Positions 9,001 to 17,528 of a stretch of 64,000 bases of DNA are shown in pieces. Position numbers and translations under genes: made by a program. Under the pieces are notes generated by a model. The model was not told where the DNA came from, did not search any database, and worked only from the letters and a program-made list of their open reading frames with translations. The stretch spans positions 2,544 to 66,543 of the forward strand of contig JAFYDA010000056.1 in assembly GCA_017545045.1 (NCBI GenBank), written 5' to 3'. Origin of the DNA: Prevotella sp. GTDB lineage: Bacteria > Bacteroidota > Bacteroidia > Bacteroidales > Bacteroidaceae. Each line of letters starts with the position of its first letter. Position 1 is the stretch's first letter.

Positions 9001-11889
9001 TTAGTTGAGCTTGGGTTTCAGTTCGTCAGGCGAGTCGTGGGTGAACATGTTGACGGCCGGAGCCTGCTTGGTAAAGAAGTGCTCGATAACCTCAGGTGCC
9101 AGCGTCATCTCAGGCTTGAAGTCCGTGCTCGCCATGTAGTGGAGGATGGCCTGCCGCATCTGTCGGGCCACGTGCCGGTTGTCAAGGTCGGTGGTAATGT
9201 CCATCGTCGTCATTAGCAGGCGCCCCTTGCCGACCTTTGCCTCTATCAGCATGCCGAGCTTGCGCGAGACGTGCCACGTGTCAATAGGCTGTATGGGCGA
9301 CTGGTAGTCCTTGGGCAACTCCATGAGATTCATGACTTGGGCACGGTTCAGCAGTTCCCACCAGTTGAGGTTCGACCATGAGTCGGTGGGGAAGTCGTAC
9401 TTAAACAGGGGATAGTCCTTTTCGATATAGGCGCCGGTGGTGTGTGGCGGGCGCATCTTGAACCACGACGTGTTCCAGAATACGGGCAGGTAATGCTGTA
9501 CCACGTCGCTGCCCAGTATCACCTTTCCGGCAGCAGTCAGCAGCACGGTCTTCCCTTGTTTCAGCAGGGTGAGGGCTTCCTTGTAGTCCTGTGTCTCGAT
9601 GACAGGCTTAACGGTTGCAGGAAACTCGTGCGTACGGATGTCGGGATACACCCAGAAGTCCCAGTGATTCTTCCAGTTGTCGGAGAATTTGACGGTGAGT
9701 GTCAGCTTGCGTGGACTGCGGATGCTGTCAAGAGGATAGACAACAGTCCCCAGTGGTATGTTCTTTCCCACCGGCAGGTCAGCTCTTGAAAGAAGGCCGC
9801 CCGTGATGACGTGTGCGCTGTCGTCGGTGATGTAGTAAATGGACTTCACTTCCGTTACATTACCTTTGTATGCGTTGTAGACCTCGATGGGTACGCGCAG
9901 GGTGTCGGCGTTGGTATAGACAAACTTCTGGAAACGTGCCAGCGGAACCAGCAAGGAGCAGAACTGGCGCCAGTCATTACTATTGCAGTAGCCCTTCTCG
10001 ATCCAGTGGACATTGAGCACGCCGGTCAGTGCCGTTCCCTGTCCGCTGTAGTCGTTCAGTCCCAGCAGCTGGAAACCGGCGTAGTCACGCGTGCGCAGAT
10101 TGCGCTCTATCTCATATTTGTAGCAGAGCGTTTGCAGATGTCCGCTGGCCATGAGGAACTTCTCGGCCATGGACTCCATGCCGCCATCGCGCAGCAGATC
10201 ACGGAAAATCTCAAAGTTACGGGGCTTGTAGACGCCTGTGTATTGCGGAATTTCCTTGAAGTCGGGGAAAGCACACCACTGTCCCTGCTCATGGGCGATG
10301 ATAGGGGTGTTGTTGGGCATGGTGTCCTTATAGTTGCGGGGATATTCTATCTGGCTAAAATAGTCGTCATCGCTGCTGGGAGCATGGTTGTCCCAGTTGA
10401 GTCCGCGGGCTCCTCCCTTGACGTGGTACTCCGAGCCGTTGTCCCATGCCCAGCCGCCGCCTACGGACGCACCGCAGTATAATTTGGATGGGTCGTATTC
10501 CTTCATCTGACGCACCCAGTCGTTGCAATAGCTCACCCAGTCGCCGGCGGGCTCGTTGCCTGCAGCCATCATGATGAACGATGGGTGATGACCATACTCG
10601 TCGATGATGCGCTTCGACTCCTCTAACAGGTAATTGTCAATCTTCATGCCTCGACGAAGACGCACACCGTGGTTGGGCCATGACGGACCTTCTACCTGCA
10701 GGTAGAACCCAACCTTGTCGGCGGCAGTAAAGGCGGCTTCTGGCGGACAATAGGAGTGGAAACGCATGTGGTTCAGTCCGTACTCCTTGCACTTGATGAA
10801 AATCTTCAGCCAAGATTCTTCATCGGTAGGTGGGTAGCCTGTCTCTGGGAAGCAGCAGTTCTCAACCGTACCACGCAGGAATAAAGGATGATGATTGATG
10901 TAGAGCTGACGCCCTTTTACTGAAATGTCGCGCAGGCCGAAGAAGGCTTGATAGACGTCGTCGCCTGCCTCCACGGTCAGTCCGTAGAGATGGGGTTCGT
11001 ACTCGTCCCAAAGCTGTGCATCATTGCCTAAGTCGATGACAAACTCGCGCTTCTTGCTCTCAGAGGTCTTGGTATAGACGAATTTGCTTTTCTTCCCGAA
11101 AAGCTCCTTCACAGAGACCTGGATGATGTGGTCGTACTTCGGCATCAAACGCACAGGGAATATATGGTTGCCCAGTTCCACTGTGATGCGTACTTGGCGT
11201 TTGGCTACATCGGTGGCAATGCGCACTTGGCTGATGTTCACCTTGTTCCATTGCGACTGTAGCTCAATGCGGCCGATGATGCCGTTCCAGTTGCCTTGTG
11301 TCTGGTCTGTGACGGAGTGGGAGTCCTGACCTACGCACACGTTCTCGATGCCGTTGTAGACGCGGATGGCAATTTCGTTGGTTTGCCCAGCGATGATATG
11401 TTGGGTGACGTCATAACGGTGGGGCGTTGAGAGCGACATCTGACGGCCTACCTCGTTGCCGTTGACGTAGGCTTTGGTCTCAATGTGTGGCCGTTCTAAG
11501 AAGAGCGTCACGCGGCGGTCTTCCCAATTGCGCGGGATGTAGATTTTTTTGCGATACCATGCCGCTCCTACGTAGTGCCGCTCAGGCGTGAGAAAGAACG
11601 GGAATTTCATCTGTCCTTCCTGACGGTATTTTTCCATATAGGGATTAAAATAGTAGGAGGAGTCGTAGAGTGAGCCCGTCCACTGAGTGTTTACTGATAC
11701 CGGCGTTCCTTTGTCGTTGGTCAGCATGGATCCTGGCAGTATGACGTAGTCATCGAACTTTGCCTCACGGTAATTGAAGTCGGGGCTTGGCTCTAAAGTA
11801 AAGTCCCATGCGCCTTCCAGCGAAATGAATTCCTGGGAGTTAATGGCCAGTGCAAAGAGCGTATATGCAAGAATGAATAGCTTTCTCAT
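9001..11889 (-). CDS. Glycoside hydrolase family 2 protein
   Basis: Signal peptide, ISLEGAWDF sugar-binding domain, GLNHMRFHSYCPP, HHPSFIMMAAGNEP (acid/base NE) and IIAHEQG. Confidence 0.85.
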   Translation of the reverse strand: MRKLFILAYTLFALAINSQEFISLEGAWDFTLEPSPDFNYREAKFDDYVILPGSMLTNDKGTPVSVNTQWTGSLYDSSYYFNPYMEKYRQEGQMKFPFFLTPERHYVGAAWYRKKIYIPRNWEDRRVTLFLERPHIETKAYVNGNEVGRQMSLSTPHRYDVTQHIIAGQTNEIAIRVYNGIENVCVGQDSHSVTDQTQGNWNGIIGRIELQSQWNKVNISQVRIATDVAKRQVRITVELGNHIFPVRLMPKYDHIIQVSVKELFGKKSKFVYTKTSESKKREFVIDLGNDAQLWDEYEPHLYGLTVEAGDDVYQAFFGLRDISVKGRQLYINHHPLFLRGTVENCCFPETGYPPTDEESWLKIFIKCKEYGLNHMRFHSYCPPEAAFTAADKVGFYLQVEGPSWPNHGVRLRRGMKIDNYLLEESKRIIDEYGHHPSFIMMAAGNEPAGDWVSYCNDWVRQMKEYDPSKLYCGASVGGGWAWDNGSEYHVKGGARGLNWDNHAPSSDDDYFSQIEYPRNYKDTMPNNTPIIAHEQGQWCAFPDFKEIPQYTGVYKPRNFEIFRDLLRDGGMESMAEKFLMASGHLQTLCYKYEIERNLRTRDYAGFQLLGLNDYSGQGTALTGVLNVHWIEKGYCNSNDWRQFCSLLVPLARFQKFVYTNADTLRVPIEVYNAYKGNVTEVKSIYYITDDSAHVITGGLLSRADLPVGKNIPLGTVVYPLDSIRSPRKLTLTVKFSDNWKNHWDFWVYPDIRTHEFPATVKPVIETQDYKEALTLLKQGKTVLLTAAGKVILGSDVVQHYLPVFWNTSWFKMRPPHTTGAYIEKDYPLFKYDFPTDSWSNLNWWELLNRAQVMNLMELPKDYQSPIQPIDTWHVSRKLGMLIEAKVGKGRLLMTTMDITTDLDNRHVARQMRQAILHYMASTDFKPEMTLAPEVIEHFFTKQAPAVNMFTHDSPDELKPKLN

Positions 11890-13964
11890 TTGATTTCCAC
11901 TTTATTGATAGCTTCGCCAGGCGTTTTATTGGCTTCGCGGGGCAGGTAAATGGGGGCATCTTTTTGCAGGGGCAGTATGCGCAATTCCAGTTCCTTCACC
12001 TCCTTAGGCAGTCGCCACAGTCCATAGAGGAACGGACGGCCGTAGTAGAAGTTGTCAGCCACGAGCTTGCCGTTGGCATAGAGGCGGGCCACGTCGCCGC
12101 GATAGTCAATGCTCAGAAGTCCGTCACGCTTTTCAGGCAGCTGTAACCTGTAGACGGCGGCTTGCTCAAAGTCCTCGTCGGCAGGCTCTTCTGCTACGCG
12201 TTGCACGCCTATGGGAATCTGTCGCAGGAGTCCCGCTTCTTTCACTTTAGTGAAGGATACTGGAGTTTTCGATGCTTCTTGACTTTCCGGATTGTTCAGG
12301 AACAATCGCTCAGTCTGCTGACGCGTCAGCAGGTAAATGTTCCCGAAGACAGGCTTCTCTGTGCCCAACGGCTTCAGGTTCTTCCTCACCTTGCCGTTCA
12401 TACTAATTATCGTAGGAATGCCGGGAATCTGCATCATAAAGGTCTTTCCTTCATGGCGGGCCACGAACTGAGCCGTTGCATAGTCGATGCCGTCAACGTT
12501 GACGGGGAAGATGGCCATACAACCGGCAGGAATGGTGAGTTCAGGCAGCTTCACGCCACAGACCTCTAACTGTACGTTCCGCTTGGCCGATAGTTTCTGC
12601 AGTCGTTCGTAGTTGTTGATGAAAATGAATCCCGTTCGTCCAGGACCCAGCGAGTCGTTCATGCTCCGCACCGCCCAGCGCAGCTGTGAGTCATCTCCCT
12701 TCTTTAAATCTTGTGGTGCAGGGAACGAAGGCTCCATCGGTGCCAGCGTCTCGCCCCAGTCCCGTATGAAGAGATGCAGCGGACGCAGCATGTAGTATTG
12801 CGGATAAGTTTGGCCAAATTCTCCTAACGGTGCCTGAAAGTCGTATGTCTTCACTGGCATGTCATTATGGTTGGTGGCTATGGTGTGCTGGTTTTCGTTC
12901 AACGTGGTCAAACCCTCGGGATTTGTGCCGCCGTGGTACATATAGTAGCCCAGCAGATTGGAGCCGGATCCAAGCTTCACTAAAGCCATCGAGTAGGCAT
13001 CCTCAGGATAGATGTAGGGACGGCGATGATAGGCCGTGGCCATGCCGCCCCCCAGTTCGCAAGTGAAATAAGGATATTGTTGAGTTGAGAGTTGAGAGTT
13101 GAGTGTTGAGAGTTTGTTGTCGCTACTTTGTGTGGAATAGTCTATCTGGTCTGTAGCAATGGCTGTCGACGAACGGAACGCCTTGAAATTGAAAGCCTTG
13201 TAGTAGTCCCCGTCAGTCTCGCCCAAGGTGCGGTCCCAGAAACCGTCGGCATAGTCACCGTAAAGGGGCAACATCTCACCGAAGGGCACTGGCGTGCGCA
13301 GTTCCGGCCAGCCCGTTCGAGTATAGAACGGCAGGTCGAAACCCACATTGAGGGCAATTTTCTTCAGCGCCATGAGGTACTCACCCCTGCCGCGGTATTC
13401 GTTGTCGAACTGTGCTGCAATGACAGGACCGCCGTCTTTCCACTGCAAGCCTTGAACCTGTGTAAAAATCTGGCGGTAGAGCTGCTCTGCATAGTGCATG
13501 AACAGGGGGTTCTGGTCGCGTGTCTTGCATCCCTTTGAAAATATCCAGTCGGGGATGCCGCCGTTGCGCACCTCGCCATGACAGAACGGCCCCAGTCGTA
13601 GCACCACGGGCAGTTCTTCTTCCTTACAGATTTCTATAAAGCGCCTGAGATTTCGCTGACCGTCCCAGCGGAATATGCCTTCCTGTTCTTCCACATGGTT
13701 CCAGAATACATAGGTGGCTATCATGGTCACGCCGCCCTCCTTCATTTTTCGCACTTCCGTTTTCCATTCGTCAGCAGGTATGCGGCTGTAGTGTATTTCG
13801 CCCATGACGGGACAAACTCGTTGACCATCGATGATAAGGCTATGGCGATCCCACGTCACGGCTTTTCCGAAATCGGCAGCCCACACTCTCGTTGACAAAA
13901 TGACGAGAGCCCAAAGCATCATGGCCTTTAGCAACAGATTCGGGGTGGCAATAGTCTTTTGCAT
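11886..13964 (-). CDS. Glycoside hydrolase family 35 (beta-galactosidase-like)
   Basis: GEIHYSR, TYVFWNHVE, GGPVIAAQFDNEY, YYMYHGGTN and YDFQAPLGEFG motifs; 4-bp overlap with the GH2 gene. Confidence 0.88.
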   Translation of the reverse strand: MQKTIATPNLLLKAMMLWALVILSTRVWAADFGKAVTWDRHSLIIDGQRVCPVMGEIHYSRIPADEWKTEVRKMKEGGVTMIATYVFWNHVEEQEGIFRWDGQRNLRRFIEICKEEELPVVLRLGPFCHGEVRNGGIPDWIFSKGCKTRDQNPLFMHYAEQLYRQIFTQVQGLQWKDGGPVIAAQFDNEYRGRGEYLMALKKIALNVGFDLPFYTRTGWPELRTPVPFGEMLPLYGDYADGFWDRTLGETDGDYYKAFNFKAFRSSTAIATDQIDYSTQSSDNKLSTLNSQLSTQQYPYFTCELGGGMATAYHRRPYIYPEDAYSMALVKLGSGSNLLGYYMYHGGTNPEGLTTLNENQHTIATNHNDMPVKTYDFQAPLGEFGQTYPQYYMLRPLHLFIRDWGETLAPMEPSFPAPQDLKKGDDSQLRWAVRSMNDSLGPGRTGFIFINNYERLQKLSAKRNVQLEVCGVKLPELTIPAGCMAIFPVNVDGIDYATAQFVARHEGKTFMMQIPGIPTIISMNGKVRKNLKPLGTEKPVFGNIYLLTRQQTERLFLNNPESQEASKTPVSFTKVKEAGLLRQIPIGVQRVAEEPADEDFEQAAVYRLQLPEKRDGLLSIDYRGDVARLYANGKLVADNFYYGRPFLYGLWRLPKEVKELELRILPLQKDAPIYLPREANKTPGEAINKVEIK
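13084..13114. repeat. Heptamer tandem repeat (GTTGAGA)n inside the GH35 CDS
   Basis: GTTGAGA GTTGAGA GTTGAGT GTTGAGA GTT, encoding KLSTLNSQLST. Confidence 0.85.
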
Positions 13965-13987
13965 TCTCAGTTATTGGAAAACTGAGG

Positions 13988-13995
13988 CAAAGGTA
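13988..13995 (-). promoter_or_regulatory. -7 promoter element for the GH35-GH2 operon
   Basis: TACCTTTG on the minus strand, 23 nt before the ATG. Confidence 0.65.
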
Positions 13996-14044
13996 TAAAC
14001 TTTTTCGTAAACAGCCAAAAATATTGACTGAAAAAACAAAATCC

Positions 14045-16111
14045 TTAGTTGTGGGCTCCTTTTTTCATTCCTTTCTCCAAGAACTCCAGATACTTGTCAA
14101 TGTCTTCGTCGTAGGCACGGCTGCCGCTGAGCGGATGTCCGGTGGCAGGGTCGACGATGACGTAGAATGGCTGGGCATTGGCGCCGAACTTGTGGCTCTG
14201 CAGATAGCTCCACTTGGCGCCTACTGTTCGCAGTGTCTTGGTGTTGCCCTGCTCGTCGGTTACTTCGTAGGGCTCTTTCAGCGGTGTCTTGTCATCGACA
14301 AACAGCGAGATAAGTACGAAGTCATTATTCAGCTTGTCGGCCACACGCGGGTCGGTCCATACGGCGGCCTCCATCTTGCGGCAGTTCACGCAGCCGAAGC
14401 CGGTGAAGTCGATGAATGCCGGCTTGCCTTCGGCACGGGCGGCGGCCATGCCCTGCTCGTAGTCTGTAAAGCGGGCCTCGACGGTCTTGGTGTTGAGGTT
14501 GAAGTCCTGTGTGTTCATTGGCGGTGCAAAGGCACTGACGGCCTTACATGGAGCGCCCCACAGTCCGGGCACCATATAGACGGCGAAGGCCAGCGACACG
14601 AGTCCGCCCATGATGCAGACAACGGGCATTGGTTTGTAACGCATTCCCGAGCTTTGTTCGCCGCCTATTTCGTCCTCTTGGAATTTGAGCCAGCCGCAGA
14701 GGTAGGCACCAAGCAGTCCGAAGATGACAATCCACAGTGACAGGAAAACTTCTCGGTCGAGCAGATGCCAGCCGTATGCCAAGTCGGCAACCGAGAGGAA
14801 CTTCAGGGCAAAGGCCAGTTCGATAAAGCCCAGCACCACCTTCAGCGTGGTCATCCATGAGCCCGACTTCGGTGCCTGCTTCAGCCATGAGGGGAACATG
14901 GCGAAGAGCGTGAACGGCAGCGCCAGTGCCAGTGCGAAGCCAAACATGCCAACGGCTGGAGCTATCCAGTTGCCGCTGGTGGTTGTCTCGACGAGCAATA
15001 GTCCGATGATGGGAGCGGTGCATGAGAACGATACCAGCACCAAGGTGAATGCCATGAGGAAGATTGAAAGGATTCCGCTTGTCTGTGATGCTTTCGTGTC
15101 GACGCTGTTGGCCCACGAGTCGGGCAGCTTGATTTCGAACCAGCCGAAGAACGACAGGGCGAACACGACAAGCAGCAAGAAGAGGATGATGTTGAAGACA
15201 GCATTGGTCGACATGGCATTGAGCGTGTCGCTGCCGAAGAGTGCAGTCACTAACAATCCCAGTCCTAAGTAGATGACGATGATTGACAGTCCGTAGGCGA
15301 CGGCATCGCGGATGCCTTTGCGCTTATCCGTTTTTGCACGTTTCAGAAAGAAACTGACCGTCATCGGGATGATGGGCCAGATGCAGGGCATGCAGACGGC
15401 TAACAGGCCTCCGATGAAGCCCGTCAGTAGCAGATAGAACAACGAGTGGTCAGCAAGACTGTCATTTCCTCCTTCGGCGCGCAGTTCTTCGACAACGGGC
15501 TCCCACAAATAGTCTTGGGGCACGGCAACCGCCTCCACCGTGTCTTTTGCTGTCTCCACCGTGTCTTTTGCCGCCTCAATGGTCTCTATAGGCATGACAT
15601 TCGCCTTTTCTGGAGCTTTGTCAGCGTCCTTTTTGTCTTCAACGGCCACGGGGCTCTTGCCCTGCTGTTTAAATGACACTTCTGACGGCGGCAGACAGCT
15701 TTGGTCGTTGCAGGCTCCGTATTCCAAATAGCAGTCAATCAGGTATTCGGGCTTTGTGAACCGTACTTTCTGGATGAACGTCGCCGTGTTCTCAAAGAAT
15801 GACAGTTCCATGCCGAACATCTCGTCATACTTCTTGATGACGCTTCCCTTGGGAGTCAGTTTCCCCACTTTTTCCACACCTTCCATTTTCACTGCGTTGA
15901 ACGAAGCCTCAATGGGGCCGTCCTGCCCTATGTCGGTGGAGTAGACGTGCCACCCGGCATCGATAGTAGCAGTGAATACAATCTCGCCTTCCGAAGAACC
16001 GGCTTTGGTCTTCAGTTCCGACTTGAAATGAACGGGGTCCAGCATCTGTGCGCTGGCAACAGAAGAAATGGAGAGTAGCAGCAGGAGCACTGCATATATT
16101 TTCTGTCTCAT
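14045..16111 (-). CDS. dsbD: Thiol:disulfide interchange protein DsbD
   Basis: Signal peptide MRQKIY, N-domain ACNDQSCLPP, TM domain PCIWPIIP and SCTAP, thioredoxin domain GCVNCRKME. Start chosen at 16111. Confidence 0.85.
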   Translation of the reverse strand: MRQKIYAVLLLLLSISSVASAQMLDPVHFKSELKTKAGSSEGEIVFTATIDAGWHVYSTDIGQDGPIEASFNAVKMEGVEKVGKLTPKGSVIKKYDEMFGMELSFFENTATFIQKVRFTKPEYLIDCYLEYGACNDQSCLPPSEVSFKQQGKSPVAVEDKKDADKAPEKANVMPIETIEAAKDTVETAKDTVEAVAVPQDYLWEPVVEELRAEGGNDSLADHSLFYLLLTGFIGGLLAVCMPCIWPIIPMTVSFFLKRAKTDKRKGIRDAVAYGLSIIVIYLGLGLLVTALFGSDTLNAMSTNAVFNIILFLLLVVFALSFFGWFEIKLPDSWANSVDTKASQTSGILSIFLMAFTLVLVSFSCTAPIIGLLLVETTTSGNWIAPAVGMFGFALALALPFTLFAMFPSWLKQAPKSGSWMTTLKVVLGFIELAFALKFLSVADLAYGWHLLDREVFLSLWIVIFGLLGAYLCGWLKFQEDEIGGEQSSGMRYKPMPVVCIMGGLVSLAFAVYMVPGLWGAPCKAVSAFAPPMNTQDFNLNTKTVEARFTDYEQGMAAARAEGKPAFIDFTGFGCVNCRKMEAAVWTDPRVADKLNNDFVLISLFVDDKTPLKEPYEVTDEQGNTKTLRTVGAKWSYLQSHKFGANAQPFYVIVDPATGHPLSGSRAYDEDIDKYLEFLEKGMKKGAHN
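15533..15572. repeat. 21-bp tandem duplication in the DsbD linker
   Basis: CTCCACCGTGTCTTTTGC x2 at a 21-bp period (AKDTVET/AKDTVEA). Confidence 0.8.
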
Positions 16112-16143
16112 GATAGTTTTTCTTTTTAGGCACATTTATGTTG

Positions 16144-16252
16144 CAAAGGTACGAATTATTCTTTGATTACGAGTTCTTTCTGCGGAAAAAGTGTCAGTGT
16201 GGCTGAAAAACATGAATAAATTTGTGTTTTCCATTTATAATTCGTACCTTTG
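16144..16252. promoter_or_regulatory. Divergent -7 promoter elements (dsbD / MFS)
   Basis: TACCTTTG on minus at 16144-16151 and on plus at 16245-16252. Confidence 0.65.
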
Positions 16253-16274
16253 TGGTCATGTTGCAATCAGATGG

Positions 16275-17522
16275 ATGATGGAACGTCTTTGGAACGCTAA
16301 CTATTGCAAAGTGATGGCGGCGAACTTCTCGCTGTTCTTTGCTTTCTACGTGCTGACGCCTTTGCTGCCGCTTTACCTGAGCGAGCATTTCAATGCTACG
16401 AAGGATGTGATAGGACTGGTGCTTTCGGGCTATACTATTACGGCCTTGGTGATGCGTCCGTTCTCAGGCTATCTGGTCGACTCTTTTCCGCGCAAGTTGG
16501 TGCTGATGGCCAGCTTTATGGCTTTTGCCGTTTTCTTTGCGGGCTATTTGGCGGCATCGACGCTGCTGCTCTTCGCTATAGTGCGCACGCTGCACGGTGC
16601 TCCTTTTGGTGCACTGACGGTGGCCAACTCAACGGTGGCCATCGATGTACTGCCCTCGTCGCGCCGTACCGAGGGCATTGGTTATTACGGACTGTCCAAC
16701 AACTTGGCGATGGCTATTGCTCCCTCCATCGGCATCTTCATCTATCGCTACACCCATAGTTTCGAACTGCTGTTCTGGCTCGCGTTCTTGGTGGCAGTAG
16801 CGGGACTGGTGGTGGACGCCACGATTAAGATTCCCTCGAAAGAATTGGTATTCAACAAGACCAAGTTGTCCCTCGACCGCTTCTTCCTGACACGCGGCTG
16901 GCTGTTAGGCCTGAACATGGTGGCCTTCGGTTTCTGTTTCGGTGTGCTGAGCAACTATCTGGCCATCTATGGCAAGGAGGTGATGGGCATCACAGGCGGC
17001 ACGGGCACTTACTTCATGCTTTGCTCCGTGGGGCTTATCCTGTCGCGTCTGCAAGGGGCTCGTGCACTACGGCATGGACGTGTCACCCACAACGCTGCCG
17101 AGGGCATCGTCATCTCGCTTGTCGGCTATACCTTATTTATATTAGGCCCTACGCTCCTTCCGCTCTTCTGCGATGAGGACGGCGGCAGCAAATTCTTCAC
17201 TCTTCACTCTTCACTTTACACTTACTACGCCTCTGCCCTGCTCATCGGCTTGGGCAACGGTCACATGTGGCCTGCTTTCCAGAATATGACCATCAGCGTG
17301 GCACCCAACAGTCAGCGGGGTACGGCCAATTCCACCATCCTCGTGTCGTGGGACGTGGGCATGGGCATGGGCATCCTCTTGGGAGGTGTCATCAGCGAGT
17401 TGGTGAGCTATTCGGCTGCCTTCTGGACAGTGGCCGCTGTCAATGCCATCGGGGCGCTCACCTTCTTCATGGCTACCCGCCGCTTCTTCCTGGAACGAAA
17501 CTTAAACCCAAACGTAAAATAA
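16275..17522 (+). CDS. MFS transporter
   Basis: About 12 TM segments; motif A GYLVDSFPRK. Start moved to MMERLW, downstream of the promoter. Confidence 0.85.
   Translation: MMERLWNANYCKVMAANFSLFFAFYVLTPLLPLYLSEHFNATKDVIGLVLSGYTITALVMRPFSGYLVDSFPRKLVLMASFMAFAVFFAGYLAASTLLLFAIVRTLHGAPFGALTVANSTVAIDVLPSSRRTEGIGYYGLSNNLAMAIAPSIGIFIYRYTHSFELLFWLAFLVAVAGLVVDATIKIPSKELVFNKTKLSLDRFFLTRGWLLGLNMVAFGFCFGVLSNYLAIYGKEVMGITGGTGTYFMLCSVGLILSRLQGARALRHGRVTHNAAEGIVISLVGYTLFILGPTLLPLFCDEDGGSKFFTLHSSLYTYYASALLIGLGNGHMWPAFQNMTISVAPNSQRGTANSTILVSWDVGMGMGILLGGVISELVSYSAAFWTVAAVNAIGALTFFMATRRFFLERNLNPNVK
17181..17216 (+). repeat. GCGGCAGCAAATT-(heptamer) mini-element in frame in the MFS gene
   Basis: GGCGGCAGCAAATTCTTCACTCTTCACTCTTCACTT, encoding GGSKFFTLHSSL. 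Confidence 0.8.
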
Positions 17523-17528
17523 CTACAA

